NCBI GenBank assembly: GCA_964613815.1
Contig: CAZTKG010000002.1
Location: 23,737-87,736 of the forward strand
Reading direction: 5' to 3'
Length of the DNA: 64,000 bases
Source: an uncultured Gammaproteobacteria bacterium
Lineage (GTDB): Bacteria > Patescibacteriota > Patescibacteriia > UBA9934
The position numbers and the translations under genes are program-made. This document shows positions 1 through 10,000 of the stretch, one piece after another (position 1 is the first letter of the stretch; each line of letters starts with the position of its first letter). The notes under the pieces were generated by a model. The model searched no databases. It worked only from the letters and a program-made list of their open reading frames with translations, and was not told the DNA's origin.

Positions 1-108
1 ACGAAAGACGGGAGTCAGGCGGCGCATTTTGAAGTGAGTATTGCAATAACAAAAGATGGGCCGGTGTTTTTGACGCCGGAGCCTCGTGTAGATATTGGGT
101 ATGAATAA
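1..108 (+). CDS. map: Methionine aminopeptidase, 3' end only (partial at window edge)
   Basis: Frame 1 reads TKDGSQAAHFEVSIAITKDGPVFLTPEPRVDIGYE*, matching the type I MetAP C-terminal motif (DGSxxAHFEHTIAVTxDGPxILT). Confidence 0.8.
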   Translation, partial: TKDGSQAAHFEVSIAITKDGPVFLTPEPRVDIGYE

Positions 109-583
109 TGCGAAAGGACTTGATCAGAATGATAAGATTTTGCTCGGGTTTGTGATTGGGTTTTTGCTATTTTGTGGATGGTATTTCTTTTTTGCGCAGG
201 AGGCGAGCAATGTGAATGGACCGGTTGATGTGGGGGGAGGGTCGATTGTGATTGAGGATCAGTATGACGTAGAGAAGGTGACACTTGATGCGGAGCTTGT
301 GGCGCCGGGGCATATTACGATTCATCGGACGATGAGTGAGGCGCCTGCGGAGATTGTGGGGGTGAGTCGGCTTTTGGATGTTGGCGTGCATGAAGGAGTG
401 ATTATTGGGATGAATGTTCCGCTTGATGTTGGGTATCGGTATGTGGCGATTTTGCATGTGGATGATGGGGATGAGGTTTTTGAGCCTTTGGAGGATATGC
501 CTGTGGAGGTGAATGGGGAGGTTGTGCGGCCGGATTTTGTTGTTTTAGACAATTCTGATAGCGCTGATGAGATTGCTCAATAG
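101..583 (+). CDS. Hypothetical membrane-anchored protein with a small beta-rich extracellular domain
   Basis: ATG at 101 overlaps the map stop; N-terminal TM segment ILLGFVIGFLLFCGWYFFF; C-terminal AILHVDDGDEVF motif. Confidence 0.7.
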   Translation: MNNAKGLDQNDKILLGFVIGFLLFCGWYFFFAQEASNVNGPVDVGGGSIVIEDQYDVEKVTLDAELVAPGHITIHRTMSEAPAEIVGVSRLLDVGVHEGVIIGMNVPLDVGYRYVAILHVDDGDEVFEPLEDMPVEVNGEVVRPDFVVLDNSDSADEIAQ

Positions 584-584
584 T

Positions 585-953
585 ATGAGAGTTCTTGGCG
601 TTGACTATGGGACGAAGAAGACCGGTCTTGCTATTGGGGATGACGAGAGTCGGGTTGCGATGCCTTTTGGGGTTGTGTACGGGCTTGATGAGATTGCGGG
701 GGTTGTGGAGCGAGAGGGGGTTGATAAGGTTGTAGTGGGGATGCCGGTGAGTGATGTTGATACGGCTCAAGCTGATGTTGTGAGGGCGTTTATTGAGGAT
801 TTGAAGGTTGTGGTGAAGGTGGATATTGATACGGTGGATGAGCGGTACACGACGAAGGCGGCGCAGCAGCTTCAGGAGGAGCAGGGGTCTGGTGTGGCTG
901 AGGATGCGCTTGCTGCGATGATTTTACTTCAGGCGTATTTTGATACGGATTGA
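585..953 (+). CDS. ruvX: YqgF/RuvX family RNase H-fold nuclease (pre-16S rRNA processing)
   Basis: MRVLGVDYGTKKTGLAIGD, VVVGMP, VDERYTT and DALAAMILLQAY are the YqgF motifs; start moved to the ATG at 585. Confidence 0.92.
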   Translation: MRVLGVDYGTKKTGLAIGDDESRVAMPFGVVYGLDEIAGVVEREGVDKVVVGMPVSDVDTAQADVVRAFIEDLKVVVKVDIDTVDERYTTKAAQQLQEEQGSGVAEDALAAMILLQAYFDTD

Positions 954-1726
954 TGGCATGGTCTACATTGAAAGTTCGAGGAGTGATTTTGGCCTCATTC
1001 GCTGTTCGTGAGGCTGATCGGATGTATTATGCATATACGCGTGAGCTGGGAAGGCTGACGTTTTTTGGTCGGAGTGCGCGGAAGGGGTCGGCGAAATTGG
1101 CGCCGCATTTGGAGGGGTTTAGTGAGATTGATCTTGAGGTGGTGCGAGGGAAGAGGAGTTTTACCGTGATTCAGGCGGATCGGGTGCGTCGATTTCGGGG
1201 GATCGAAGGGGATGCGGAGCGTCGGGTATTAGTGGGAAGTTCGTTTTTGATGATGCAGCGGCAGCTTCGGGATATGGATGTGGATGTGGTGATGTATGAG
1301 GGTCTTTTACAATGGATGGGGTTTTTGGATGTAGCGGAAAGGTTTGGGTCGACTCGGAAGATGTTTTTGCTGGGATCGTTTTTGCTTCGGCTTTTGGGGT
1401 GGCTTGGGTATGAGGTGGTGCTTGATGTTTGCGTGGGGTGTCGAGGAGGCGCTCCGCGTGAAGGGGTGCGATGGCATGGGCCGAAAGGGGGACTTGTTTG
1501 TAAGGGGTGTTTTGAGGAGGCGCCTCGGGAGTGGTTTGCGGCGCGGGTGATTGATGGGGATGTGGTGAAATTTTTGCGGTTTGCTCGGGGGGCACAGTGG
1601 GAGGATTTGATGCGTGTGGAGCTTCGGGGGGATGTTGTGCGGGCGTTTTGTGGGGTAGTGCATGATTTGTGTGTGTATCATTTTCCTGTGCGGGTGGATG
1701 TGCCTTTTTGGGAGGGGGTGGTTTGA
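953..1726 (+). CDS. recO: DNA repair protein RecO
   Basis: N-terminal OB fold (GVIL..EADR...YTRELG, SAKLAPHLE) and C-terminal CxxC...CxxC zinc motif (CVGC, CKGC). Confidence 0.9.
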   Translation: MAWSTLKVRGVILASFAVREADRMYYAYTRELGRLTFFGRSARKGSAKLAPHLEGFSEIDLEVVRGKRSFTVIQADRVRRFRGIEGDAERRVLVGSSFLMMQRQLRDMDVDVVMYEGLLQWMGFLDVAERFGSTRKMFLLGSFLLRLLGWLGYEVVLDVCVGCRGGAPREGVRWHGPKGGLVCKGCFEEAPREWFAARVIDGDVVKFLRFARGAQWEDLMRVELRGDVVRAFCGVVHDLCVYHFPVRVDVPFWEGVV

Positions 1727-1769
1727 GTTTGTTCACGGTGATTGGTTTTTTAGTGTATACTTTTGATGT

Positions 1770-4700
1770 ATGAGTAAGCCTTATGATCGTCAGAAGAGTC
1801 GTTTATTTGCTCGATCGGAGATCGAGAGAGGTATTCTTGATAGGCGAGATGAGCGACATGATGAGTTTTTGGAGGCTAAAGGCATGACGGAGAAGGAGTT
1901 GCAAGATGAGCGGGTTCGACAGGATTGGTATTCTGGGATTGGTATCCATCTTCCTAATATTTCTCGGGATGAGCGATGGGGTCTTTCTGATGAAGTAGAT
2001 CATGTTTTTTCGTTAAGCGGCAATGGAGCGGAAGAGTTTATTCATCAAGCTTTGCGTGATCGTGACCATGAGTTAGCTTCTTGTATCGCTGTCCAGGTTT
2101 CGAATGTACGTATTCCAATGGGTTTGTATCGTCTTGGTTTGAGGTCGACCTTTTCGGATATAAAGGTTTTGGATGGGTACGTCCGGCAAGAGTATTCAAA
2201 GCAAGATTTGAAGGATGGCGCTGAGGGTTTTCAGGATTTGTCATTAAAAGCTCGCGGGGATGAGATGGCTACAATTTTTGCTAAATGGTTTTCTGAACGG
2301 ATGTATTCTGTTGATTTGCATGATAAGGCATTGGCCTACGAAAGGGGTTCACATGTCGTAGATTTGAAGTCCCATAACCGGAATTTTTTGCGTCGTGCAT
2401 TGCGGGATCAGGACGCTTCTTCTTGTGATTTTTTTTGTCAGACTGTTTTGTTTGAGATGCCCGTTCAAGTTCGAGAAGATTTTTTTAAATTTTCCATGGA
2501 TGCGGAGATTGCTTTACGGCTCTTTAGTTCCCCCGCGCTTACTCAGCGATTATTTGATGGGGGAGATGTTCGAAGTGTATTAAAACGTGCTTTTGTTGAG
2601 AGGGTTGAGGATTGGAGATTTGCTGATGAGGAGGGGGGGCAGTTAGGTGATGCGGAAAAAGCTTTTTTGTCTACTTTGGATGAAGATGACTTAATAAACT
2701 CGCCGAGCTTTATTAAAAGCATTTTAGATAGCGGGCTTTTTGCGGGGGAGGAGGAGTTCTTGACATTTTTTGATTTTGATTCATCGTTTTTCCGTCGTGT
2801 TGAAGGGGGTTTGTTTCATGATGATATCTCGGTAATTGATAGGATTCGGCTTGCGCGAATGTTGCCTAGTTTAAATTGGATGGGTATCTCCGCTGTTTTG
2901 GAGGAGGCAGGTATTGCGGTTGCAGATCGGATCCCTGAAGAACAACTTGAATATTTACAACGTGTCGTTTCTTTTGGGCAGAATGTTGATCGAGAGATTT
3001 TTTTGGCGAGAAGTGAGTTTAGCATTAGTCCGTTTCAAGCTGAAGTTTTGAAGAGCGATTTCCCCGCAGCTTTTTTGCGGGATGGTCGTGGGAGACTTGA
3101 TTATGATCTTATCGCGGATCACTTGAGATTTGATGTGAGTCATTATGGTAGGGTTGAGGATTTGTCGATGGAGGATGAAGAGGGGGAGGTTTACGAATCT
3201 GATAATCAAATTTGGTTTGCGCGCATGAGAGAATTGTTTGGTGCTGAGATTGCGATTAAGTATGGTAATCGTCTTGGGCTTTCTGTGCATGATGCTTATT
3301 TTGCCGTTGATTCCATCATTGCTTTACAGGCACTCAGTGGTGAAACTCCAGATCGATTTGGGCAGAATATTTTGTTGCAAGTTGCAAAAGATGGGCAGGT
3401 TTATCGGTCGGGATTTGCACAGCATGAATTAAATGCTATCTCGCAGTTACTTGAGGGGAGGGACTTGAATCAGCTATTGGAGCAGGCCAAGGCTTTTTCT
3501 GCAATTGATGTTTTACAAACATGGGTTCGTGGCGTTGAGCGTGATCCATCGCGTCCGTTTTCTAGTTGGAAGGGGCTCCGGAACTATGCATCCATGGTTC
3601 GTTTGCTTGATCGGTCGGATTTTTTAACCGAGCTGCAGCATGAGACCGATCCTCGAAAACGTGTTTATTTTGAACGATTGATTTTGCATGAAAACGTTGA
3701 TACTGGAAAGGTTTTGATGTTTCGAGAAGATCCGGCTGCATTTTTGGATATTGATGATGGTCATACGGATGCCGAGGTGAATAAGGTTAAAAAGCCGTCA
3801 AATTATCTTTCGTTGCCGTTTTTGGGTCTTGATGGCAAGGATATGCGAGATGCGCTCATTGGGGGTTCTCTTGATAAGATTCAGACGTTACCTCCGATGG
3901 AGAGGGAGTATAGGCTTTATGATTCGCCTGAGAATGATCCGAGCATTCCTCGTGTTTTGCATCGGTTTATACAGGAAGCTGTTGGTAAGCGACGATTTGG
4001 TATACCGGGAAAGGCTAAGCATCCCGGGAAGGTATTTTCTCGTATTCAGCGATGGTGTAAGAGGGAGGGGGTTCGATGGAGGAATGTTTGGCAGGATCCT
4101 GTTGGATTGATGCAGCTTTCTCATGAGCAGCGCGAGGCGCTAGAGGAGATTGTTTTTGATGATGACATTGGCTTGTTGCGGCCAAATGGGGAGGTCTACC
4201 GGATGAAGCTTGGAGCGAAGAGTGATCCTGAAATGGTCATCGCAGGTAACGATACGGCAAGTTGCATGCCTTTTGGGTCAGGTAAGAATAATGTATACAT
4301 GTTTAATCCCAATTGTGCTCAAATCGTGCTTGAGCGAAAGAATGCGGAAGGGGAGTGGCGTACTGTGGCTCAATCTGTTGTCAATATTGATATGGAGACC
4401 GAGATGGATGTTCCTGCGATATTGGGTGCGTATAAACGTCAGGGGCATATTAATGATGTTGTTGCGGCGACGGATTTTGGGAATAGAGAGGTGATTGCAT
4501 GCGACAATATTGAGGTGGCGAAAAATGCGCAAGGGAAGGCTTCGACATTCATTTCTGAAGCCTATCGGCGTTTTATGACGGATTATTTGGATGTGCATGC
4601 GGAGGGTCTTGAGGTTGATGCGACTCGGGTTGTTGTTGGGAAGGGGTATACGCCTGCTGCACTTGGTTTTGATCAGATTGATAATCATTTTATTCCGCAG

Positions 4701-5348
4701 GCCCCAATGGGATATTCGGATAACTCTGGTGAAAAGTGTTTTGTTTTGGAGACTGGATTGGCGGAATGTGAGGCTCCTGTGCGGAAAGGGGTTTCTCGTA
4801 TGACGACGCGTGATGCTATCGCTGTTACCTCTATTGAGGGGAAGGCTTATGCTGACAATGCATCTCTTTTGGAGAATTTGCATGGCATGCAGAATAATAT
4901 TATTGGGATGGAAATTGCGAATGCGTATTTTGAGCGGCCGAATTTGTCGTTCATGTATCGGAATACGCGCGGGATTCCTCAGGGGTATATTCTTGCGTAT
5001 GAGGGGCGTACGAAAGATGGGGTTCGGCAGGTGTATATTTCTGATTTGGCTGCACGGCCGGGTAGCCGTTTAGCTGGAGGGAAGTTGATTCGGGAGTTTT
5101 TTGAGAGTTATTTAGGCGCTTATCAAGAGGGTGATGAAGATATGCTTCCGATTTTTACGAATGCTCGTGGAAAGACGAGTTATCAGATTTTGACTAGGCA
5201 GTTTGAGCGAATGGCAACGAAGGTTGGGCTTGTTGCGGAGATGGATGTTGTTGGCCAGCGGAATGAGGGAGGTGATGAATTTTTTGATGTGCGGGTTTAT
5301 CTTGGGAGGGATGCAGAGGAGGTTGAGAGGCAGAGGGCTAAGTTTTAG
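1770..5348 (+). CDS. Large hypothetical protein (1192 aa) with a conserved-looking central domain and a C-terminal GNAT-like domain
   Basis: Long uninterrupted ORF; motifs GNDTASCMPFG, AQSVV, CDNIEV, GYSDN; C-terminal GYILAY...VYISDLAARPGSRLAGGKLIREF resembles a GNAT fold. Confidence 0.75.
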   Translation: MSKPYDRQKSRLFARSEIERGILDRRDERHDEFLEAKGMTEKELQDERVRQDWYSGIGIHLPNISRDERWGLSDEVDHVFSLSGNGAEEFIHQALRDRDHELASCIAVQVSNVRIPMGLYRLGLRSTFSDIKVLDGYVRQEYSKQDLKDGAEGFQDLSLKARGDEMATIFAKWFSERMYSVDLHDKALAYERGSHVVDLKSHNRNFLRRALRDQDASSCDFFCQTVLFEMPVQVREDFFKFSMDAEIALRLFSSPALTQRLFDGGDVRSVLKRAFVERVEDWRFADEEGGQLGDAEKAFLSTLDEDDLINSPSFIKSILDSGLFAGEEEFLTFFDFDSSFFRRVEGGLFHDDISVIDRIRLARMLPSLNWMGISAVLEEAGIAVADRIPEEQLEYLQRVVSFGQNVDREIFLARSEFSISPFQAEVLKSDFPAAFLRDGRGRLDYDLIADHLRFDVSHYGRVEDLSMEDEEGEVYESDNQIWFARMRELFGAEIAIKYGNRLGLSVHDAYFAVDSIIALQALSGETPDRFGQNILLQVAKDGQVYRSGFAQHELNAISQLLEGRDLNQLLEQAKAFSAIDVLQTWVRGVERDPSRPFSSWKGLRNYASMVRLLDRSDFLTELQHETDPRKRVYFERLILHENVDTGKVLMFREDPAAFLDIDDGHTDAEVNKVKKPSNYLSLPFLGLDGKDMRDALIGGSLDKIQTLPPMEREYRLYDSPENDPSIPRVLHRFIQEAVGKRRFGIPGKAKHPGKVFSRIQRWCKREGVRWRNVWQDPVGLMQLSHEQREALEEIVFDDDIGLLRPNGEVYRMKLGAKSDPEMVIAGNDTASCMPFGSGKNNVYMFNPNCAQIVLERKNAEGEWRTVAQSVVNIDMETEMDVPAILGAYKRQGHINDVVAATDFGNREVIACDNIEVAKNAQGKASTFISEAYRRFMTDYLDVHAEGLEVDATRVVVGKGYTPAALGFDQIDNHFIPQAPMGYSDNSGEKCFVLETGLAECEAPVRKGVSRMTTRDAIAVTSIEGKAYADNASLLENLHGMQNNIIGMEIANAYFERPNLSFMYRNTRGIPQGYILAYEGRTKDGVRQVYISDLAARPGSRLAGGKLIREFFESYLGAYQEGDEDMLPIFTNARGKTSYQILTRQFERMATKVGLVAEMDVVGQRNEGGDEFFDVRVYLGRDAEEVERQRAKF

Positions 5349-5359
5349 GTTGGGGTTTT

Positions 5360-5770
5360 ATGAAGCCAAAAATTGGATTAATTACCCTTGGAGTTCGTGA
5401 TGTGAAGAAGGCTCGCGCGTTTTATCTTGGACTTGGGTTTAAGCTTCGTTCGCAGGATGAGGATTCGGAGGATGATATGGTGATGTTTCCTGGCGAGGGT
5501 GGGACTTGGCTTGGGTTGTTTCCTTGGGATGATTTAGCGAAGGATGCGACGGTGAATGCGGCTGGAGAGGGGTTTCGTGGGGTGACGCTTGGGCATTTGG
5601 AGCCGACGAAAGAAGATGTGGATCGGGTGATGGAAGAGGCGCGAGTGCTTGGGGCAGAGATTGTGAAGGAGGCTCAGGAGGTGTTTTGGGGCGGGTATTC
5701 TGGATATTTTAAGGATTTGGATGGGCATCTTTGGGAGGTAGCGATGAATCCGTTTACGGATTTGACGTAG
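5360..5770 (+). CDS. VOC/glyoxalase family protein
   Basis: LITLGVRDVKKARAFY..LG and VFWGGYSGYFKDLDGHLWEVA motifs. Confidence 0.92.
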   Translation: MKPKIGLITLGVRDVKKARAFYLGLGFKLRSQDEDSEDDMVMFPGEGGTWLGLFPWDDLAKDATVNAAGEGFRGVTLGHLEPTKEDVDRVMEEARVLGAEIVKEAQEVFWGGYSGYFKDLDGHLWEVAMNPFTDLT

Positions 5771-5821
5771 TGGTGATGATGGTCTTGAGTTTCTTTCTTG
5801 ATAGGGCTAATATACGGGCAT

Positions 5822-7216
5822 ATGAAACGACTATTGCATACGAAGACTCTCGAGAAGATCGATGAGCAGGTTCTTATTTCGGGCTGGGTTCATGCTCGGC
5901 GGGATATGGGGAAGGTTTTGTTTTTTGATATGCGGGATCGATCTGGTTTGATGCAGGTTGTTGTGGTTCCGAGTGAGGTTGGTAATGACGCGATGGAGGC
6001 CATTCAGGAGATTCGTGGGGAGTGGGTGCTTGAGATTGAGGGGGTTGTGCAGAAGCGGTCTGAGAAGGCGGTGAATGAGAAGATTGCTACGGGTACGGTG
6101 GAGATTTTGGCGAAGTCGGTGAAGGTGTTGAATAAGGCGAAGACGCCTCCGTTTGAATTGGATCGGGATACATCAAATGTCAATGAAGAAGTTCGGTTGA
6201 AGTACCGGTATTTGGATCTGCGGAGTGAGCGGCTTGCGAAGAATATTCGGCTTCGGAGTAAGTTTGTTCAGGCTGCGAGAGATTATTTTTTCAAGCATGA
6301 TTTTTGTGAGATTGAGACGCCTTACTTTAGTCAGGCGACACCTGAAGGGTCTCGGGACTTTATTGTTCCGAGTCGACTTCAGCCAGGGAAGTTTTTTGCG
6401 CTTCCGCAGAGTCCGCAGCAGTATAAGCAGCTTTTGATGACGGCGGGGTTTGAGCGGTATTTTCAGACGGCGCGGTGTTTTCGGGATGAGGATCCTCGGG
6501 CTGATCGTGCGTTTGAGCATACGCAGATTGATGTGGAGATGAGTTTTGTTGATCGGGAGCGTGTGATGGAGATGCTTGAGGGGATGATGATTCATTCCGC
6601 TGAGGCGCTTGGGTTTACGATTAAGGAAAAGCCGTTTCCTCGGATTACGTATAAGGAAGCAATGGAGAAATATGGGGATGATAAGTTTGATTTGCGGACG
6701 GAGGAGGAGAAGGCTGCGGGTGTGCTTGCGTATGCGTGGGTGATTGATTTTCCGTTTTTTGAGAAGACGGATGATGGTGGGTGGACGTTTACGCATAATC
6801 CGTTTAGTAATCCTTTGCCGGAGTTTAAGGAGGATCATTTGGCGGGGAAAAATATTGAGAATATTTTGACGAGTCAGTATGATTTGGTTTGTAATGGATA
6901 TGAAGTTGGCGGTGGATCGATTCGGGCGCATGAACCGGAGGTTTTGCGAGCGACGTATAAGACGATGGGATATAGTGATGATGAAATTGAGGCATCTGTT
7001 GGACATTTGCTTGAGGCGTTTAGTTATGGTGCGCCGCCGCATGGAGGGATTGCGTTTGGTGTGGAGCGGAATTTGATGACGATGATGGGCGAGGAAGCGA
7101 TTCGGGAGGTTCAGGCGTTTCCGATGACGGGGAGTGGGACGGTTAGTGTGATGACAGCGCCTGGGGAGTTGCCGGCGAAGGTTTTGAAGGAGGCGAATAT
7201 CAACGTGGACATTTAA
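5822..7216 (+). CDS. aspS: Aspartate--tRNA ligase (short form, GAD insert largely missing)
   Basis: GWVHARRDMG OB fold, RLKYRYLDLR, ALPQSPQQYKQLLM, CFRDEDPRADR, GAPPHGGIAFGVER; start set at the ATG at 5822. Confidence 0.95.
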   Translation: MKRLLHTKTLEKIDEQVLISGWVHARRDMGKVLFFDMRDRSGLMQVVVVPSEVGNDAMEAIQEIRGEWVLEIEGVVQKRSEKAVNEKIATGTVEILAKSVKVLNKAKTPPFELDRDTSNVNEEVRLKYRYLDLRSERLAKNIRLRSKFVQAARDYFFKHDFCEIETPYFSQATPEGSRDFIVPSRLQPGKFFALPQSPQQYKQLLMTAGFERYFQTARCFRDEDPRADRAFEHTQIDVEMSFVDRERVMEMLEGMMIHSAEALGFTIKEKPFPRITYKEAMEKYGDDKFDLRTEEEKAAGVLAYAWVIDFPFFEKTDDGGWTFTHNPFSNPLPEFKEDHLAGKNIENILTSQYDLVCNGYEVGGGSIRAHEPEVLRATYKTMGYSDDEIEASVGHLLEAFSYGAPPHGGIAFGVERNLMTMMGEEAIREVQAFPMTGSGTVSVMTAPGELPAKVLKEANINVDI

Positions 7217-7248
7217 TGTCCACTTTTGGTTCGTGATAGAATAATGGC

Positions 7249-7947
7249 ATGGATTTTGTTGTAAAGCAGGATGCTTTTTCTGGTCCGCTTGGACTTTTGT
7301 TGGATTTGTTAAATCAGCGAGAGCTTGAGATTAAGGATGTGGCACTTGCGGAGATTGCAGAGGATTATTTGGGATATCTTGATGCGCACGAGCCGCCGCC
7401 GGATGAGATGGCGGATTTTTTGGTTGTGGCGAGTCGGCTTATTTATTTGAAGAGTCGGGAGTTGATGCCTTATTTGCGGACTGAGGAGGAAGAAGAGGAG
7501 GTGCAGAAGCTTGAGGATCAGTTGCGGTTGTATCGGATGTTTGTGGAGGCGGCAGATAAGCTGGAGGCTCGGTTTGTGAGTGATGCGAGAATTGTTCCTC
7601 GGCCGTTTGTGAAGATTGAGGCAGCGCCTGAGGGGTTTGTGATGTCGGAAAATGTGACGGTTGATTCTTTGCATGGGGCGATGAAGGGGCTTTTGAAGAA
7701 ATTGGAGCCGTTTTTTGCGCTTCGGCAGGTGCATATTGATCGGGTGAAGTCGGTGCAAGAGAGAATCGGGGAATTGAAGGGGGCGATTGCGACGCGGGCG
7801 AAGATGCGGTTCAAGGAGGTGATGCATGGGGCGAAGAATAAGGCGGAGGTTGTGGTGAGTTTTTTGGCGCTTTTGGAGCTTGTGAAGCAGCGGGTTGTGA
7901 CGGCGACGCAGAGTGAGGATCGTGATATTCTTATAGAGCGTGTATGA
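7249..7947 (+). CDS. scpA: Segregation and condensation protein A
   Basis: FSGPLGLLLDL N-terminus, YLKSRELMP, VVVSFLALLELVKQ C-terminus. Confidence 0.95.
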   Translation: MDFVVKQDAFSGPLGLLLDLLNQRELEIKDVALAEIAEDYLGYLDAHEPPPDEMADFLVVASRLIYLKSRELMPYLRTEEEEEEVQKLEDQLRLYRMFVEAADKLEARFVSDARIVPRPFVKIEAAPEGFVMSENVTVDSLHGAMKGLLKKLEPFFALRQVHIDRVKSVQERIGELKGAIATRAKMRFKEVMHGAKNKAEVVVSFLALLELVKQRVVTATQSEDRDILIERV

Positions 7948-8492
7948 GTGAATTAGCAGCGAAGATTGAGGCGATTTTGTTTTTGTCGACTCGGCCGGTT
8001 TCTTGGAAGAAGCTGGCTGGGCTTTTGGAGGTGAAGGTTGAGGAGGTTGATGGAGCGGTTGAGGAGTTGATGGAGGTTCGCAATGTTGAGGGAAGTGGGA
8101 TTCATGTGGTGAAAGGGGACGGGGCAGTTGAGCTTGGGTCGAATCCGGCGTTTGGGGAGGTGACGAAGAAGTTGGCGAAAAAGGAGTTTGAAGGGGATTT
8201 GACGCGACCTCAGCTTGAGACATTAACGATTATTGCTTATCGCGGGCCGATTACGCAGCCGGAGATTGAGCATATTCGTGGGGTGAATTGTACGATTATT
8301 TTGCGGAATTTATCGATGCGAGGGTTTGTGGTTCAGCGGGAGGATAAGGAGAAGATTTTGCCTGTGTATGTTTTGAGTTCTGAGCTTTTGCGCGGGCTTG
8401 GGGTGCATGAGGTTTCGGATTTGGATGACTATGCGGAGTATCATGATAATGCGCGGATTACGGAGATGCTTTTAAATTTGCAGGAGGAGTAA
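7944..8492 (+). CDS. scpB: Segregation and condensation protein B
   Basis: IEAILF, LETLTIIAYRGPITQPEIEHIRGVN; 4-nt overlap with scpA. Confidence 0.95.
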   Translation: MSELAAKIEAILFLSTRPVSWKKLAGLLEVKVEEVDGAVEELMEVRNVEGSGIHVVKGDGAVELGSNPAFGEVTKKLAKKEFEGDLTRPQLETLTIIAYRGPITQPEIEHIRGVNCTIILRNLSMRGFVVQREDKEKILPVYVLSSELLRGLGVHEVSDLDDYAEYHDNARITEMLLNLQEE

Positions 8493-8493
8493 T

Positions 8494-9465
8494 ATGTTTT
8501 TGAAAGTTATTGGACAAATTGTGATGACGGGGGTGTTTGCCTCGGCGTTTCCGATGAATGCTGCGGTGTATGAGCATCAACTTGATGAGACGCTTTTGGA
8601 TCCTGGCGTGGTTTCTGCGGCTGAGCTTGCGAGTTTTGATGTGCAACTTCCTCTTGCTGATGAGCGCGAGATTCCTCGGCCGATGAAGGTGGATTTGGAT
8701 TCGCATGGGATTGTGACGACGGCGAAGAGTGCGCTTGTGCAGGATGTGCGGAGTGGGGCGGTGTTGTTTTCGAAGAATGCGTATGATGTGCGGTCGATTG
8801 GATCTGTAACGAAGTTGATGACGGCGATCGTGCTCTTACGTCAGGAAGTGGATTTGGATGCGTATGTGACGGTTGTTGGGGATGATTTTGTGTATGGGGG
8901 GCGGACGTATGTCGCGTTTGATGATGCGCTCCGGCTTGAGGATGTGTTTGCGGCTTCTGTGGTTGGGTCGGATAATACGGCGACGAGAGCTTTGGCGCGG
9001 CTTAGTGGACTTGAATATGAGGCGTTTATTGCGGAGATGAATGTGGTTGCTCGTGAGCTTGGAATGGATTCTTCCGTTTTTGTCGATCCGACAGGGATTG
9101 ATGCGGGGAATGTTTCTACGGTGTTTGATTTGACGCTTCTTTTGGAGGAAGCGGATGAATATGAGGCTTTGCGTGAATATATGAGGGCGCGAAATGTGAC
9201 GATCGTGCACTCATCTGGAATTTCTAGTTATATTGAGAGTACGAATCAGGTTTTGGAGTCGTTTTTGCATGAGGGGGAGTATGAAATTGTTGCTGGGAAA
9301 ACGGGGTACTTGCCTCAGGCTGGATATGTTTTGGCGACGACGGTTGATCGAGATGGGGATGATGTTCATGTGATCGTGCTTGGTGCGGATTCGAAGGATG
9401 ATCGGATGCATGAGGTGATTGGGCTTGCAGCTTGGGCTTATAAGGTATTTGAATGGCCAAATTAA
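8494..9465 (+). CDS. Peptidase S11 family D-alanyl-D-alanine carboxy/endopeptidase
   Basis: SxxK (SVTK), SxN (SDN) and KTG catalytic motifs; DPTG motif. Confidence 0.9.
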   Translation: MFLKVIGQIVMTGVFASAFPMNAAVYEHQLDETLLDPGVVSAAELASFDVQLPLADEREIPRPMKVDLDSHGIVTTAKSALVQDVRSGAVLFSKNAYDVRSIGSVTKLMTAIVLLRQEVDLDAYVTVVGDDFVYGGRTYVAFDDALRLEDVFAASVVGSDNTATRALARLSGLEYEAFIAEMNVVARELGMDSSVFVDPTGIDAGNVSTVFDLTLLLEEADEYEALREYMRARNVTIVHSSGISSYIESTNQVLESFLHEGEYEIVAGKTGYLPQAGYVLATTVDRDGDDVHVIVLGADSKDDRMHEVIGLAAWAYKVFEWPN

Positions 9466-9466
9466 T

Positions 9467-9958
9467 ATGGTGGAGATGATTACGGGTTTTTTGATGGAGT
9501 TTCCGGCTTGGCTTGGGACGATTGTGATGGCGGCGCTTCCGTTGACGGAGCTTCGGCTGGCGATTCCTTGGGCGATTACGGTTTGGGAGGTGCAGCCACT
9601 TGATGCGTTAGGTTTGGCGATTTTGGGAAATCTACTTCCGTTTTTTCCGTTGTATTTTGGGTTGCGAGCGTTTCGAAATTTTGCGGAGAAATGGATGCCT
9701 TGGATGACGAAAGTTATTGATAAGAGTATTGATCGAGCTGAAGGACGTGTGAAAGAAAAGTATGAGAAGTATGGGGCTCTGGCGCTTTTCTTGTTTACGG
9801 CGATTCCGCTTCCAATGACGGGTTTGTATACGGCAACGTTGGCTGCTGTGGCTTTGAAGATTGATTGGCGATATGCGGCGCCTTCGGTGTTTTTTGGGGT
9901 TTTGACGGCAGGTACTATTGTGATGATTTTGACGATGATGGGGGTGGCGGCTTTGTAA
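9467..9958 (+). CDS. Putative small multidrug export membrane protein (COG2426-like)
   Basis: LPLTELRLAIP and LFTAIPLPMTGLYT motifs; four hydrophobic segments. Confidence 0.85.
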   Translation: MVEMITGFLMEFPAWLGTIVMAALPLTELRLAIPWAITVWEVQPLDALGLAILGNLLPFFPLYFGLRAFRNFAEKWMPWMTKVIDKSIDRAEGRVKEKYEKYGALALFLFTAIPLPMTGLYTATLAAVALKIDWRYAAPSVFFGVLTAGTIVMILTMMGVAAL

Positions 9959-9967
9959 GTGATTGAA

Positions 9968-10000
9968 TCAAAAAAACTGCCTCGAAGGCAGTTTTTTTGA
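9968..10000. terminator. Bidirectional intrinsic terminator
   Basis: TCAAAAAAACTGCC-tcgaa-GGCAGTTTTTTTGA between convergent genes. Confidence 0.85.
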
